Shown here piece by piece: positions 17,857-24,369 of a DNA stretch of 32,000 bases. The notes under the pieces were generated by a model. It ran no database searches. It was not told the origin of the DNA and saw only the letters and a program-made list of their open reading frames with translations. The translations under genes and the position numbers were made by a program. Source of the DNA: Candidatus Velamenicoccus archaeovorus (GTDB taxonomy: Bacteria; Omnitrophota; Gorgyraeia; Velamenicoccales; Velamenicoccaceae); the NCBI RefSeq assembly GCF_004102945.1, contig NZ_CP019384.1, positions 300,001 to 332,000 on the forward strand. The letters are read 5' to 3'. How positions within the stretch are numbered: the stretch's first letter is position 1; each line of letters begins with the position of its first letter.

Positions 17857-19913
17857 AGAAGATCCTTTACATGACCATGAGCAACCTCGGCGACGCCGTG
17901 ATGGGGTTGCCGGCTTTTGATTTCCTCAGACGAGAGTGTCCGGCGGCGCGCATCACCGTTGTCGCCGCGCCGCGCACTAAGGGTCTTTTTGAACACCATC
18001 CCGATGCGGCGGAGCTGATCGTTTTTGATAAGCATGCCCCGCTTAAAGAGAAGATCGCGCTCTACCGGAGGCTGAAAAAAGAGGGATTCGATGTCGTTGT
18101 CGACCTCAAAAATACTTTCTACCGTTGGGCCCTGAGGTCCCGCTACAAAAACTCCCTGCACAACCGTTATCCTTCCTGGGTCGTGCATTTTTATCAGAAG
18201 CATCTCTTTAAGGCCGTCAGCGCTCTGCGGGGGCCGGCTGTCAGCGCCGATGAATTCAAGGAGCTGGACGGTCCCCGCAACCCGTCTTTTATCGCCCACA
18301 AGGATAGCGACGCCCTCTTGGAGCTGTTGAAACAGGAAGGGATGGGCGTCGGCGATGAATTTGTCCTGATTGTGCCCGGGGCGCGCAGCAGCCTTAAACA
18401 GTGGTCCGCCGGCGGGTATGCAGAGGTGGTCGGGGAGTTCCAAAAAAAGTATGGCAAGACGGTCGTCGTGGCCGGCGACAAGGGCGATGAGGTCTTTGTC
18501 GGCGAGATCTGCGCGCGGGCCTCGTTGCCCGTCGTCAATCTCTGCGGCCGCACGAACCTGGGAATGCTTTGCGCGCTGATCATGCGTGCCGAGATGGTCG
18601 TCGGAAGCGACTCAGGCGCCCTCCAGATCGCAAGCTACCTCGACCGCCCCGTCATCGGCATCTATGGCCCGACGGACGAACGTCTTTATGGGCCGTGGTC
18701 GTCCCGCAGCATTGCCGTACGCAAGAACGTTCTTTGCGGACCTTGTTCTCGGGCCGCCTGCGCCACAGGGGGCCACGCCTGCATCCAGACCATAACGCCT
18801 TTTGATGTGCTCCTGGCCGTACGGTTGATGATGGAAGGTAAGGAGGAGAGGTTTTGCCGGGAGCGCTACAAGCGGATCCTCGTTGTGCGCACGGACAGGA
18901 TCGGCGATGTGGTCCTTTCGACGCCCGTGGTCAAGGTTCTGCGCGAGCATTTTCCTTCGAGCTTCATCGCGATGATGGTCGCCCCCTACACCCGCGAGAT
19001 CGTGGAGGGCAATCCCTATCTGGACCAGGTGATCGTGTTTGACAAGGACCGGGCCCAGCGGGGTTTCTGGTCGACGCTGGCGTTCAGCCGTTATCTGGCG
19101 CGTCTGTCTTTCGATGCCGCCATCGTATTGCATCCGACGCTGCGCGTTCATTTGTTGATGTTTTTGGCCGGCATCGGCGAGCGCATTGGTTATGACCGCA
19201 AAGGGGCCTATTTCCTGACACAGGCCTTGCCGCACAAAAAGCAGGAAGGGACCAAGCACGAGGTCGAGTATAATTTCGATCTCCTCAAGGTGCTGGAGAT
19301 CGGCGATGTTTCGCAGGAGCTTTACATGCCCTTGAAACAGGAATCGGATGAATTTGTTGCCGATTTCTTGATGCGTCTGGGCGTCGGCCAAAAGGATCGT
19401 CTGGTCGCCGTCAATCCGGCGGCCAGCTGTCCTTCCAAGCTCTGGCCGGTGCAGAAGTTTGCCGGCCTGATCGACAGGATCCAGAAAGAACTCGGCATCA
19501 AGGTTATGGTGGTCGCCGATGCCGCCCACCGGTCTGTTTCCGAACAAATATTCAATCTGGTCCGGACCCATCCCTTGGACGGATCTGGGCAGTTTTCTCT
19601 TTCCCGGCTGGCCAGTCTTTTCAAACGTTGCGATCTTTTGATTTCCAATGATTCCGGGCCTGTGCATATTGCCGTTGCCGTCGGGACGCCTGTCATTTCC
19701 ATCTTCGGCCGCAACCAGGCGGGGCTGAGTCCGCGCCGCTGGGGGCCTATCGGTCCTCGCGACGTCGTGGTGCATAATCCCCAGCCATGCTTCCCATGTT
19801 TGGCCCACGATTGCCGCAAAGGCTTTGCTTGTCTTGATTCGGTTGGTATCGAAGAAGTGATGGGACATGCGCGAAGGATTTTGAGGGAAGGGAAGGCAGG
19901 AAAGGCAAATTAA
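17835..19913 (+). CDS. tandem GT9-GT9 fusion glycosyltransferase (two complete heptosyltransferase-like modules)
   Basis: Module 1: ILYMTMSNLGDAVMGLPAFDFLRRECP ... GSDSGALQIASYLDRPVIGIYGPTD. Module 2, from about nt 18867: ILVVRTDRIGDVVLSTPVVKVLREHFP ... SNDSGPVHIAVAVGTPVISIFG. I chose the ATG at 17835 (22-nt overlap with the upstream gene); the ORF-track start at 17781 adds a non-homologous leader. Confidence 0.85.
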   Translation: MAEGQAVKKILYMTMSNLGDAVMGLPAFDFLRRECPAARITVVAAPRTKGLFEHHPDAAELIVFDKHAPLKEKIALYRRLKKEGFDVVVDLKNTFYRWALRSRYKNSLHNRYPSWVVHFYQKHLFKAVSALRGPAVSADEFKELDGPRNPSFIAHKDSDALLELLKQEGMGVGDEFVLIVPGARSSLKQWSAGGYAEVVGEFQKKYGKTVVVAGDKGDEVFVGEICARASLPVVNLCGRTNLGMLCALIMRAEMVVGSDSGALQIASYLDRPVIGIYGPTDERLYGPWSSRSIAVRKNVLCGPCSRAACATGGHACIQTITPFDVLLAVRLMMEGKEERFCRERYKRILVVRTDRIGDVVLSTPVVKVLREHFPSSFIAMMVAPYTREIVEGNPYLDQVIVFDKDRAQRGFWSTLAFSRYLARLSFDAAIVLHPTLRVHLLMFLAGIGERIGYDRKGAYFLTQALPHKKQEGTKHEVEYNFDLLKVLEIGDVSQELYMPLKQESDEFVADFLMRLGVGQKDRLVAVNPAASCPSKLWPVQKFAGLIDRIQKELGIKVMVVADAAHRSVSEQIFNLVRTHPLDGSGQFSLSRLASLFKRCDLLISNDSGPVHIAVAVGTPVISIFGRNQAGLSPRRWGPIGPRDVVVHNPQPCFPCLAHDCRKGFACLDSVGIEEVMGHARRILREGKAGKAN

Positions 19914-19967
19914 CTTGTCCCTCACGTCTAATCACTTGGAAATTTCCTGCTAGGGTCAGGTCTGGCA

Positions 19968-20059
19968 GCGATCCGGAAAAATTTCCTGCTTGGCAAAACA
20001 GAGTTTTGCCGAAGCTGCGGAGTTGATTTTGAGAGGAAAAGGCCTGTAATGGGCAAAAT
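19968..20059 (+). repeat. promoter-like module, copy 1 (carries a 22-nt hairpin insertion)
   Basis: GCGATCCGGAAAAATTTCCTGC (19968-19989) and the 48-mer AAGCTGCGGAGTTGATTTTGAGAGGAAAAGGCCTGTAATGGGCAAAAT (20012-20059) are identical to copy 2. They are interrupted by TTGGCAAAACAGAGTTTTGCCG, which forms an 8-bp hairpin. The module contains TTGATT-N16-TGTAAT (20023-20050). Confidence 0.75.
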
Positions 20060-20108
20060 GGAAGAATAAACGTTACTCCTTGCTTATGCGCTTGTAAATT
20101 TTTCCAGG

Positions 20109-20180
20109 GCGATCCGGAAAAATTTCCTGCGCAAGCTGCGGAGTTGATTTTGAGAGGAAAAGGCCTGTAATGGGCAAAAT
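20109..20180 (+). promoter_or_regulatory. promoter-like module, copy 2, directly upstream of the first miniprotein gene
   Basis: The 22-mer (20109-20130) and 48-mer (20133-20180) are identical to copy 1. It carries -35 TTGATT (20144-20149), a 16-nt spacer and -10 TGTAAT (20166-20171), then AAGGAGG (20182-20188) and the ATG at 20193. An upstream inverted repeat AAATTTTTCC...GGAAAAATTT spans 20096-20124. Confidence 0.5.
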
Positions 20181-20192
20181 CAAGGAGGTCGT

Positions 20193-20414
20193 ATGAAACA
20201 GATGAAGGTCAGCGCAGTGGTGGCATTGGCGGTGACGGTTCTGGCAGTTGTGACGGCGTTCGCATTCAGTTTTGCCAATATGTCTTATCAGGCCGAGCTT
20301 GCCAGGCTCAAAAAGCTCAACGTTGAATATCAGAAGACCCTGGAGAGCTATAAGATCGTGTTGGATAATATCCGTATGCAGCTTGAGCAGGTTAAGCCGG
20401 CGGCAGCAAAATAG
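20193..20414 (+). CDS. small single-pass membrane / coiled-coil protein (73 aa), function unknown
   Basis: A strong SD (AAGGAGG) lies 4 nt upstream. The product has an N-terminal hydrophobic helix (VSAVVALAVTVLAVVTAFAF) followed by a heptad-like amphipathic segment. It is paralogous to the next ORF. Confidence 0.65.
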   Translation: MKQMKVSAVVALAVTVLAVVTAFAFSFANMSYQAELARLKKLNVEYQKTLESYKIVLDNIRMQLEQVKPAAAK

Positions 20415-20532
20415 GGATTTGAAAAAAGTTTTTCCGGCCGGATAGGGCTGGTTTTATCCCGGCCTTGGCCGAAGGCCGAGACGTGCGGTTGTCGCCGTCG
20501 GGTTTCAGGTGCCGAAAAAGAAGGAGGGGAGC

Positions 20533-20781
20533 ATGAAGATAAAAGGGTTGGTGCTGGCTATCACAATTATTGTTGTTTTCATCGCGGGAGTTGGGGTTGG
20601 CGACTGGCTTGCCTCTGCGGGTTACCAGTCTTTGATCGCCCGCATGCAGGGCCAGGAGATGATCTTGAAGGCGGAAGTTGAGAAATACAAGAATGTGATC
20701 CGTGATATCAGCGCTACCGTGGTCAAGGCCATGCCTGCGGAAAAGGTTTCGCAGGAAGCGGGGGCGGCGAAGGGTCGTTAG
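20533..20781 (+). CDS. small single-pass membrane / coiled-coil protein (82 aa), paralog of the preceding gene
   Basis: The SD GAAGGAGGGG precedes the ATG at 20533. The TM helix is LVLAITIIVVFIAGVGVG. It shares the pattern YQ...AR...(13 aa)...E.YK.V...I with the 73-aa protein. Confidence 0.6.
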   Translation: MKIKGLVLAITIIVVFIAGVGVGDWLASAGYQSLIARMQGQEMILKAEVEKYKNVIRDISATVVKAMPAEKVSQEAGAAKGR

Positions 20782-20804
20782 ACATATTTTAATCCCGTTT
20801 GCCA

Positions 20805-20960
20805 GAATTCCCTGCCCGCTTGGGCAGGCGAGGCTGGGCCCGTGGATTGGTTTTGTCTTGCAGACAAAACCATGGCGGAGCGGGACGTCGCCCCGCGGGC
20901 GAATCAAAAAGGACCCACGGGCCTGCCCTAGGCAAAGCCAGGGCGAGCCCGTGGGGCTCC
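20805..20960 (+). promoter_or_regulatory. GC-rich multi-hairpin spacer: candidate structured RNA / leader of the BamE-like gene
   Basis: Perfect hairpins: CCTGCCC-GCTT-GGGCAGG (20811-20828) and GGTTTTGTCT-TGC-AGACAAAACC (20849-20871). Further hairpins: GCGGG-N7-CCCGC (20880-20896), TGCCCT-a-GGC-AAA-GCC-AGGGCG (20924-20945) and AGCCC-GTG-GGGCT (20946-20958). A 9-bp long-range helix pairs GGCCCGTGG (20837-20845) with CCACGGGCC (20915-20923). I recognised no known RNA family. Confidence 0.4.
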
Positions 20961-20998
20961 AGGAACTTATCCACAAAAAAAGGGGGGGGTGAATCCTT

Positions 20999-21310
20999 AT
21001 GCGGTCGATCCTGATGATGCTTGGAGTCATGTTTATGTCGGCGGGCTGCGCCAATATCTGCGAATTCGGGCGTTCGTCCGATGAGACCAAAAGAGTTAAT
21101 TGCTACGGACTCATGGAACAGGCCAAAGTGGGCATGATGCAGGCTGAAGTCCAAAAGAAGATAGGGTATCCCGATATACGGCGCTACGACATCAGTTATA
21201 TGGGCAAGATGTATGATGAGGCCTGGATCTACAAGTTGAATTCGCCGCCGACGATCCTGTATTTCAAAAATGGGGTTCTTCAAAAGAAGGACTACGATTA
21301 TTCGCAATAG
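20999..21310 (+). CDS. BamE/SmpA-OmlA-like outer-membrane lipoprotein (103 aa)
   Basis: It has a signal peptide with a lipobox (MFMSAG-C). The mature part aligns with the BamE pattern VGM.Q..V....G.P ... W.Y ... L.F..GVL (AKVGMMQAEVQKKIGYPD ... AWIYKL ... ILYFKNGVL). Confidence 0.6.
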   Translation: MRSILMMLGVMFMSAGCANICEFGRSSDETKRVNCYGLMEQAKVGMMQAEVQKKIGYPDIRRYDISYMGKMYDEAWIYKLNSPPTILYFKNGVLQKKDYDYSQ

Positions 21311-21408
21311 TTTTTTTGGAAAAATCGTACGGCAGGCGCCTGATTCGGTGGTCTGTAAGCCTATCATGAGGAAGAGGATGGGGTTGTCCTTTGCCGGACA
21401 AACATATG

Positions 21409-21437
21409 TTGACCGCTCCGGCACCCATTGGTATAAT
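21409..21437 (+). promoter_or_regulatory. near-consensus sigma70 promoter
   Basis: TTGACC (21409-21414), exactly 17 nt, then TATAAT (21432-21437). A TG lies two nt upstream of the -10, so the element reads TGgTATAAT. It sits 23 nt upstream of the ATG at 21461. Confidence 0.65.
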
Positions 21438-21460
21438 TAACTCTTCTAATAAATGGGTTG

Positions 21461-22405
21461 ATGCTGTGTTTTATGGACATATCCAAGCTTAAAACCTATT
21501 CCATAAACGCAAGAAAGAGTAAGGTTGATAAATCCTTTTTGGCCAGGCCGTTGCCTGCAAAGGCCGGATTCCGCTCTTTTTTAAATTCGCTTCCTAACCT
21601 TTTGAAAGCAAAAGAGTTAAGGGAAATTGTTGCCGCTATCGTCTGCGCGCGCAAGAAGAAAAAGCCTGTTCTTTTGATGATGGGGGCGCATGTCGTCAAG
21701 TGCGGCCTGAGCCCTCTGGTTGTCGAGTTCCTGAAAAAAGGTATTTTCACGTCGGTTTCAACGAACGGCGCCGGCATCATCCATGATTTCGAATTGGCAT
21801 ATTGCGGCCGCACATCCGAAGACGTCGCCTGCACCATTAAAGACGGCAGCTTCGGCATGGCGCGCCAGACGGCAGAGTTCCTCAACGGTGCCATCGCCGA
21901 TGGGGCTGACAAGGGCTTAGGATTGGGTGCGTCTGTCGGAAGATGGATCGAGGCAGAGAAGCTTCGTTACAGGAAGTTGAGCATCGCCGCGGCATGTTTT
22001 CGTCTCGGGCGGCTCCTGAGCGTTCACGTGGCCCTGGGGACGGATATCATCCATCAGCATCCTTCTTGCGACGGCGCCCGGACCGGAGAGGCCACTTTGC
22101 GTGATTTTCGCAGCCTGACGGAAGAGGTGGCGCGGCTCGACGGAGGCGGTGTTGTTGTGAATTTCGGGTCTGCCGTCATCCTGCCCGAGGTTTTTTTGAA
22201 GGCCCTGAGCGTTGCGCGCAACCTCACGGGCAGGGTCCGCGATTTCACGACAGTCAATTTCGACATGAATTTTCATTACCGGCCGCATCAGAACATCGTG
22301 ACAAGACCATTGGACGGCTGCGGCCGCGGTTATTATATCCTGGGACATCACGAGATCATGATGCCGCTTTTGTTCCAGGCGATCACGGAGGCCGGCACCA
22401 TCTGA
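21461..22405 (+). CDS. deoxyhypusine-synthase-like (DHS-fold) protein, function unknown
   Basis: By eye it is colinear with DHS family blocks. LLMMGAHVVKCGLSPLVVEFLKKGIFTSVSTNGAGIIHDFE aligns with FLGYTSN..SSGLR......V..IVTTAGGVEED. VHVALGTDIIH aligns with PA.TDGS.GD, and VNFGSAVILPE aligns with ILGGG..KH. The start is uncertain among 21458, 21461 and 21473. Confidence 0.45.
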   Translation: MLCFMDISKLKTYSINARKSKVDKSFLARPLPAKAGFRSFLNSLPNLLKAKELREIVAAIVCARKKKKPVLLMMGAHVVKCGLSPLVVEFLKKGIFTSVSTNGAGIIHDFELAYCGRTSEDVACTIKDGSFGMARQTAEFLNGAIADGADKGLGLGASVGRWIEAEKLRYRKLSIAAACFRLGRLLSVHVALGTDIIHQHPSCDGARTGEATLRDFRSLTEEVARLDGGGVVVNFGSAVILPEVFLKALSVARNLTGRVRDFTTVNFDMNFHYRPHQNIVTRPLDGCGRGYYILGHHEIMMPLLFQAITEAGTI

Positions 22406-22420
22406 AAGGGACATGGTTCT

Positions 22421-23434
22421 ATGGCGTTGCTGACTCACGAAAAGCTTAAAAAGATTCTCGGCGGATTTTCTTCGTCGCGGATCATGGTTATCGGCGATTT
22501 GATCCTGGATGAATACATCTGGGGCAAGGCGGAGCGCATTTCGCCCGAGGCCCCTGTGCCCGTTGTCTGGGCGCAGCGCCAGTCTTTCATGCCCGGCGGC
22601 GCCTCCAATGTCGCCAATAACCTGGCGGCGCTGGGCGCCAAGGTATTTCTGTGTGGAGTGGTGGGAGAGGACAGGAATGGGGATACCCTTTTGGACCTGT
22701 TGCGTCAAAAAGGGGTGGTTTGCGATGGGGTGATCGCCGACGCCGCAAGGCGCACGACGGTCAAGACGCGCATCATCGCCGCCCATCAACAGATGGTGCG
22801 CCTGGACTGGGAGAATACGGAACATCTTGCCTTGGATCGGCTGCGGCACATCGTGGCCATGGTGGAAGAGAAGATCCCGCAGGTCGATGGATTGATCATT
22901 GAAGATTACGGTAAGGGTCTGATCGGGCCGTATCTGTTGAAGCGCATCATCTCTTCGGCCAGAAGGCACGGCAAGATCATTACCGTCGATCCCAAGATAG
23001 AACATTTCCGCTATTACAAGGGCGTGACGGCGTTGACGCCGAATGAAAAAGAGGCTTCTGCGGGCGCCGGCATCTCCATCAAGACGGACGAAGACATCGA
23101 TCGCATCGGCAGGAAGCTGTTTAGGACCCTTCGGTGCGAGGGGGTCTTGGTGACCCTTGGAGAAAAAGGCATGAAGCTTTTTTCCGGCGCCGGGCACAAC
23201 CGCGCCCCCGTGCATATCCCGACCGTGGCCCAGGAGGTTTTCGACGTCTCCGGTGCGGGCGATACGGTCATCTCTGTCTTTACGCTGGCGTTGTCGCGCG
23301 GCGTCTCTATGGTTGAAGCGGCCAAGATCGCCAACGTCGCCGCCGGCGTGGTCGTCGGTAAAGTCGGCGTAGCCGTTGTCGCCAAGGAAGAGATTCTCGA
23401 GGCGTGGAGGCGGTTGAGAGGAAAGTTGTTATGA
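22421..23434 (+). CDS. hldA: D-glycero-beta-D-manno-heptose-7-phosphate kinase (RfaE domain I only; PfkB family)
   Basis: IMVIGDLILDEYIWGKAERISPEAPVPVV ... GGASNVANNLAALGA ... TPNEKE ... DVSGAGDTVI ... ANVAAGVVVGKVG. At 337 aa it lacks the C-terminal adenylyltransferase domain of bifunctional HldE. Confidence 0.88.
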   Translation: MALLTHEKLKKILGGFSSSRIMVIGDLILDEYIWGKAERISPEAPVPVVWAQRQSFMPGGASNVANNLAALGAKVFLCGVVGEDRNGDTLLDLLRQKGVVCDGVIADAARRTTVKTRIIAAHQQMVRLDWENTEHLALDRLRHIVAMVEEKIPQVDGLIIEDYGKGLIGPYLLKRIISSARRHGKIITVDPKIEHFRYYKGVTALTPNEKEASAGAGISIKTDEDIDRIGRKLFRTLRCEGVLVTLGEKGMKLFSGAGHNRAPVHIPTVAQEVFDVSGAGDTVISVFTLALSRGVSMVEAAKIANVAAGVVVGKVGVAVVAKEEILEAWRRLRGKLL

Positions 23435-23513
23435 ATTTTGCCGGGTTTTGTGACAGGCGTTTTTGCAAAAACGAGGATTTGTCCGACGATATATGCATGG
23501 AGGGCTTGACAGG

Positions 23514-24263
23514 ATGAATGCCATCGGCGTGATCCCTGCGCGTTACGCATCCGTCCGTTTTGAAGGCAAGATCCTGGCGGATATTCTGGGCAGACCCATG
23601 ATCCAGCATGTATGGGAGAATGCCAGGCGGGCCAGGTCACTTGACGAGGTGGTCGTGGCGTGCGATGACGAAAGGATCAAGGGGGCTGTCGAGGCTTTCG
23701 GCGGCAAGGCCGTCATGACGGCCAAGGCCCACACCAGCGGCACCGAGCGCATCGCAGAGGTGGTCGCCGACCTGGACGTTAAGGTCGTTGTCAATATCCA
23801 GGGAGATGAACCATTGGTTCATCCTTCCATGATCGACGACGTGGCCTATGCCCTTTTGAACGTCCCCGAACAGAATTGTGCCACGGTCTGCAAGCGCATC
23901 GAACGTGAAGAAGAGATCGCCGACCCGAACGTCGTCAAGGTCGTGATGAACAAAAAACATCAGGCGCTGTATTTTTCTCGTTGTCCCATCCCGTTCGTGC
24001 GCGAAGAAGAGCCCGGCATGCGCGTTCATTACAAACATATCGGCATTTACGGTTATACCAAGGATTTTCTTTATACCTATAAAAATCTTCCCGTATCGAA
24101 ATTGGAAAAGCTTGAGAAGCTTGAACAGCTCCGGATTTTGGAGAATGGATATTCCATCCGAATCGTAGAGACGAAATTCGAGACGATCGGCGTCGACACC
24201 CGGGAGGATCTGGAGAAGGTCAAACAGTGGCTCTTGCTTCGAAGCAAGATCGAGGTCGAATGA
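23514..24263 (+). CDS. kdsB: 3-deoxy-manno-octulosonate cytidylyltransferase (CMP-Kdo synthetase)
   Basis: IGVIPARYASVRFEGKILADILGRPMIQHV ... SGTERIAE ... NIQGDEP ... LEKLEQLRILENG. The ATG at 23514 matches family N-termini; the ORF-track TTG start at 23463 was rejected. Confidence 0.92.
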   Translation: MNAIGVIPARYASVRFEGKILADILGRPMIQHVWENARRARSLDEVVVACDDERIKGAVEAFGGKAVMTAKAHTSGTERIAEVVADLDVKVVVNIQGDEPLVHPSMIDDVAYALLNVPEQNCATVCKRIEREEEIADPNVVKVVMNKKHQALYFSRCPIPFVREEEPGMRVHYKHIGIYGYTKDFLYTYKNLPVSKLEKLEKLEQLRILENGYSIRIVETKFETIGVDTREDLEKVKQWLLLRSKIEVE

Positions 24264-24369
24264 AGGCACAGCTTACGCGGCGAAGCGCCTAACTTGTGTC
24301 GTCATTAAATTCGCGCAGTGATTTATGTCACGATTGTTCCATAAGCCGCGCGCTCATTGAAGGATAATC

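Noticed and set aside
18612-19925. Long antisense ORFs. Examples: 437 aa at 18612-19925, 432 aa at 21917-23215, 331 aa at 1409-2404, 316 aa at 14778-15728, 304 aa at 11309-12223 and 287 aa at 16759-17622, all on the - strand.
   Set aside because: Each lies entirely opposite a + strand gene with clear family motifs. Their translations are Arg/Pro/Gly/His-rich with no recognisable domains, SD sequences or motifs. They are typical shadow ORFs of GC-rich coding DNA.
19991-20010. A sigma54 promoter in TGGCAAAACAGAGTTTTGC.
   Set aside because: The GG and GC dinucleotides are 15 nt apart instead of the canonical 10 nt (TGGCAC-N5-TTGC). The sequence is better explained as an 8-bp hairpin.
20049-20069. 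Mini-ORFs inside the duplicated module: ATGGGCAAAATGGAAGAATAA (MGKMEE) in copy 1 and MGKIKEVV in copy 2.
   Set aside because: They have no SD and encode only 6-8 codons. The copy-2 version overlaps the SD and start of the real downstream gene. They are most likely fortuitous.
19968-20180. The repeats here and at 29443-29555 as a CRISPR array.
   Set aside because: There are only two long copies, or 7-8-bp units, with no regular repeat-spacer periodicity of CRISPR size and no cas genes in the window.
20782-20998. The structured spacer as a known RNA (c-di-GMP-I riboswitch, SRP RNA, 6S RNA, or the TPP/cobalamin/SAM/fluoride riboswitches).
   Set aside because: Only an 8-nt GCAAAGCC resemblance to GEMM-I was seen. 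The diagnostic conserved cores of the other families, such as the SRP GGAAGCAG region, the TPP CUGAGA and the B12 box, are absent. I kept it as an unclassified candidate.
20392-21424. The - strand ORFs 20392-21090 (232 aa) and 20789-21424 (211 aa), and the + strand ORFs 20702-20992 and 20799-21014, which span the hairpin-rich spacer.
   Set aside because: They run through palindromic GC-rich hairpins, which create open frames on both strands. They have no SD and low-complexity Arg/Pro-rich products, and they conflict with the well-supported small + strand genes.
24090-24140. The short in-frame tandem repeat in kdsB (KLEKLEKLEQL; AAGCTTGAGAAGCTTGAA) as a variable repeat.
   Set aside because: It corresponds to the conserved LE..E.LEQLR motif of CMP-Kdo synthetases. 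Only about two imperfect 9-nt units are present.
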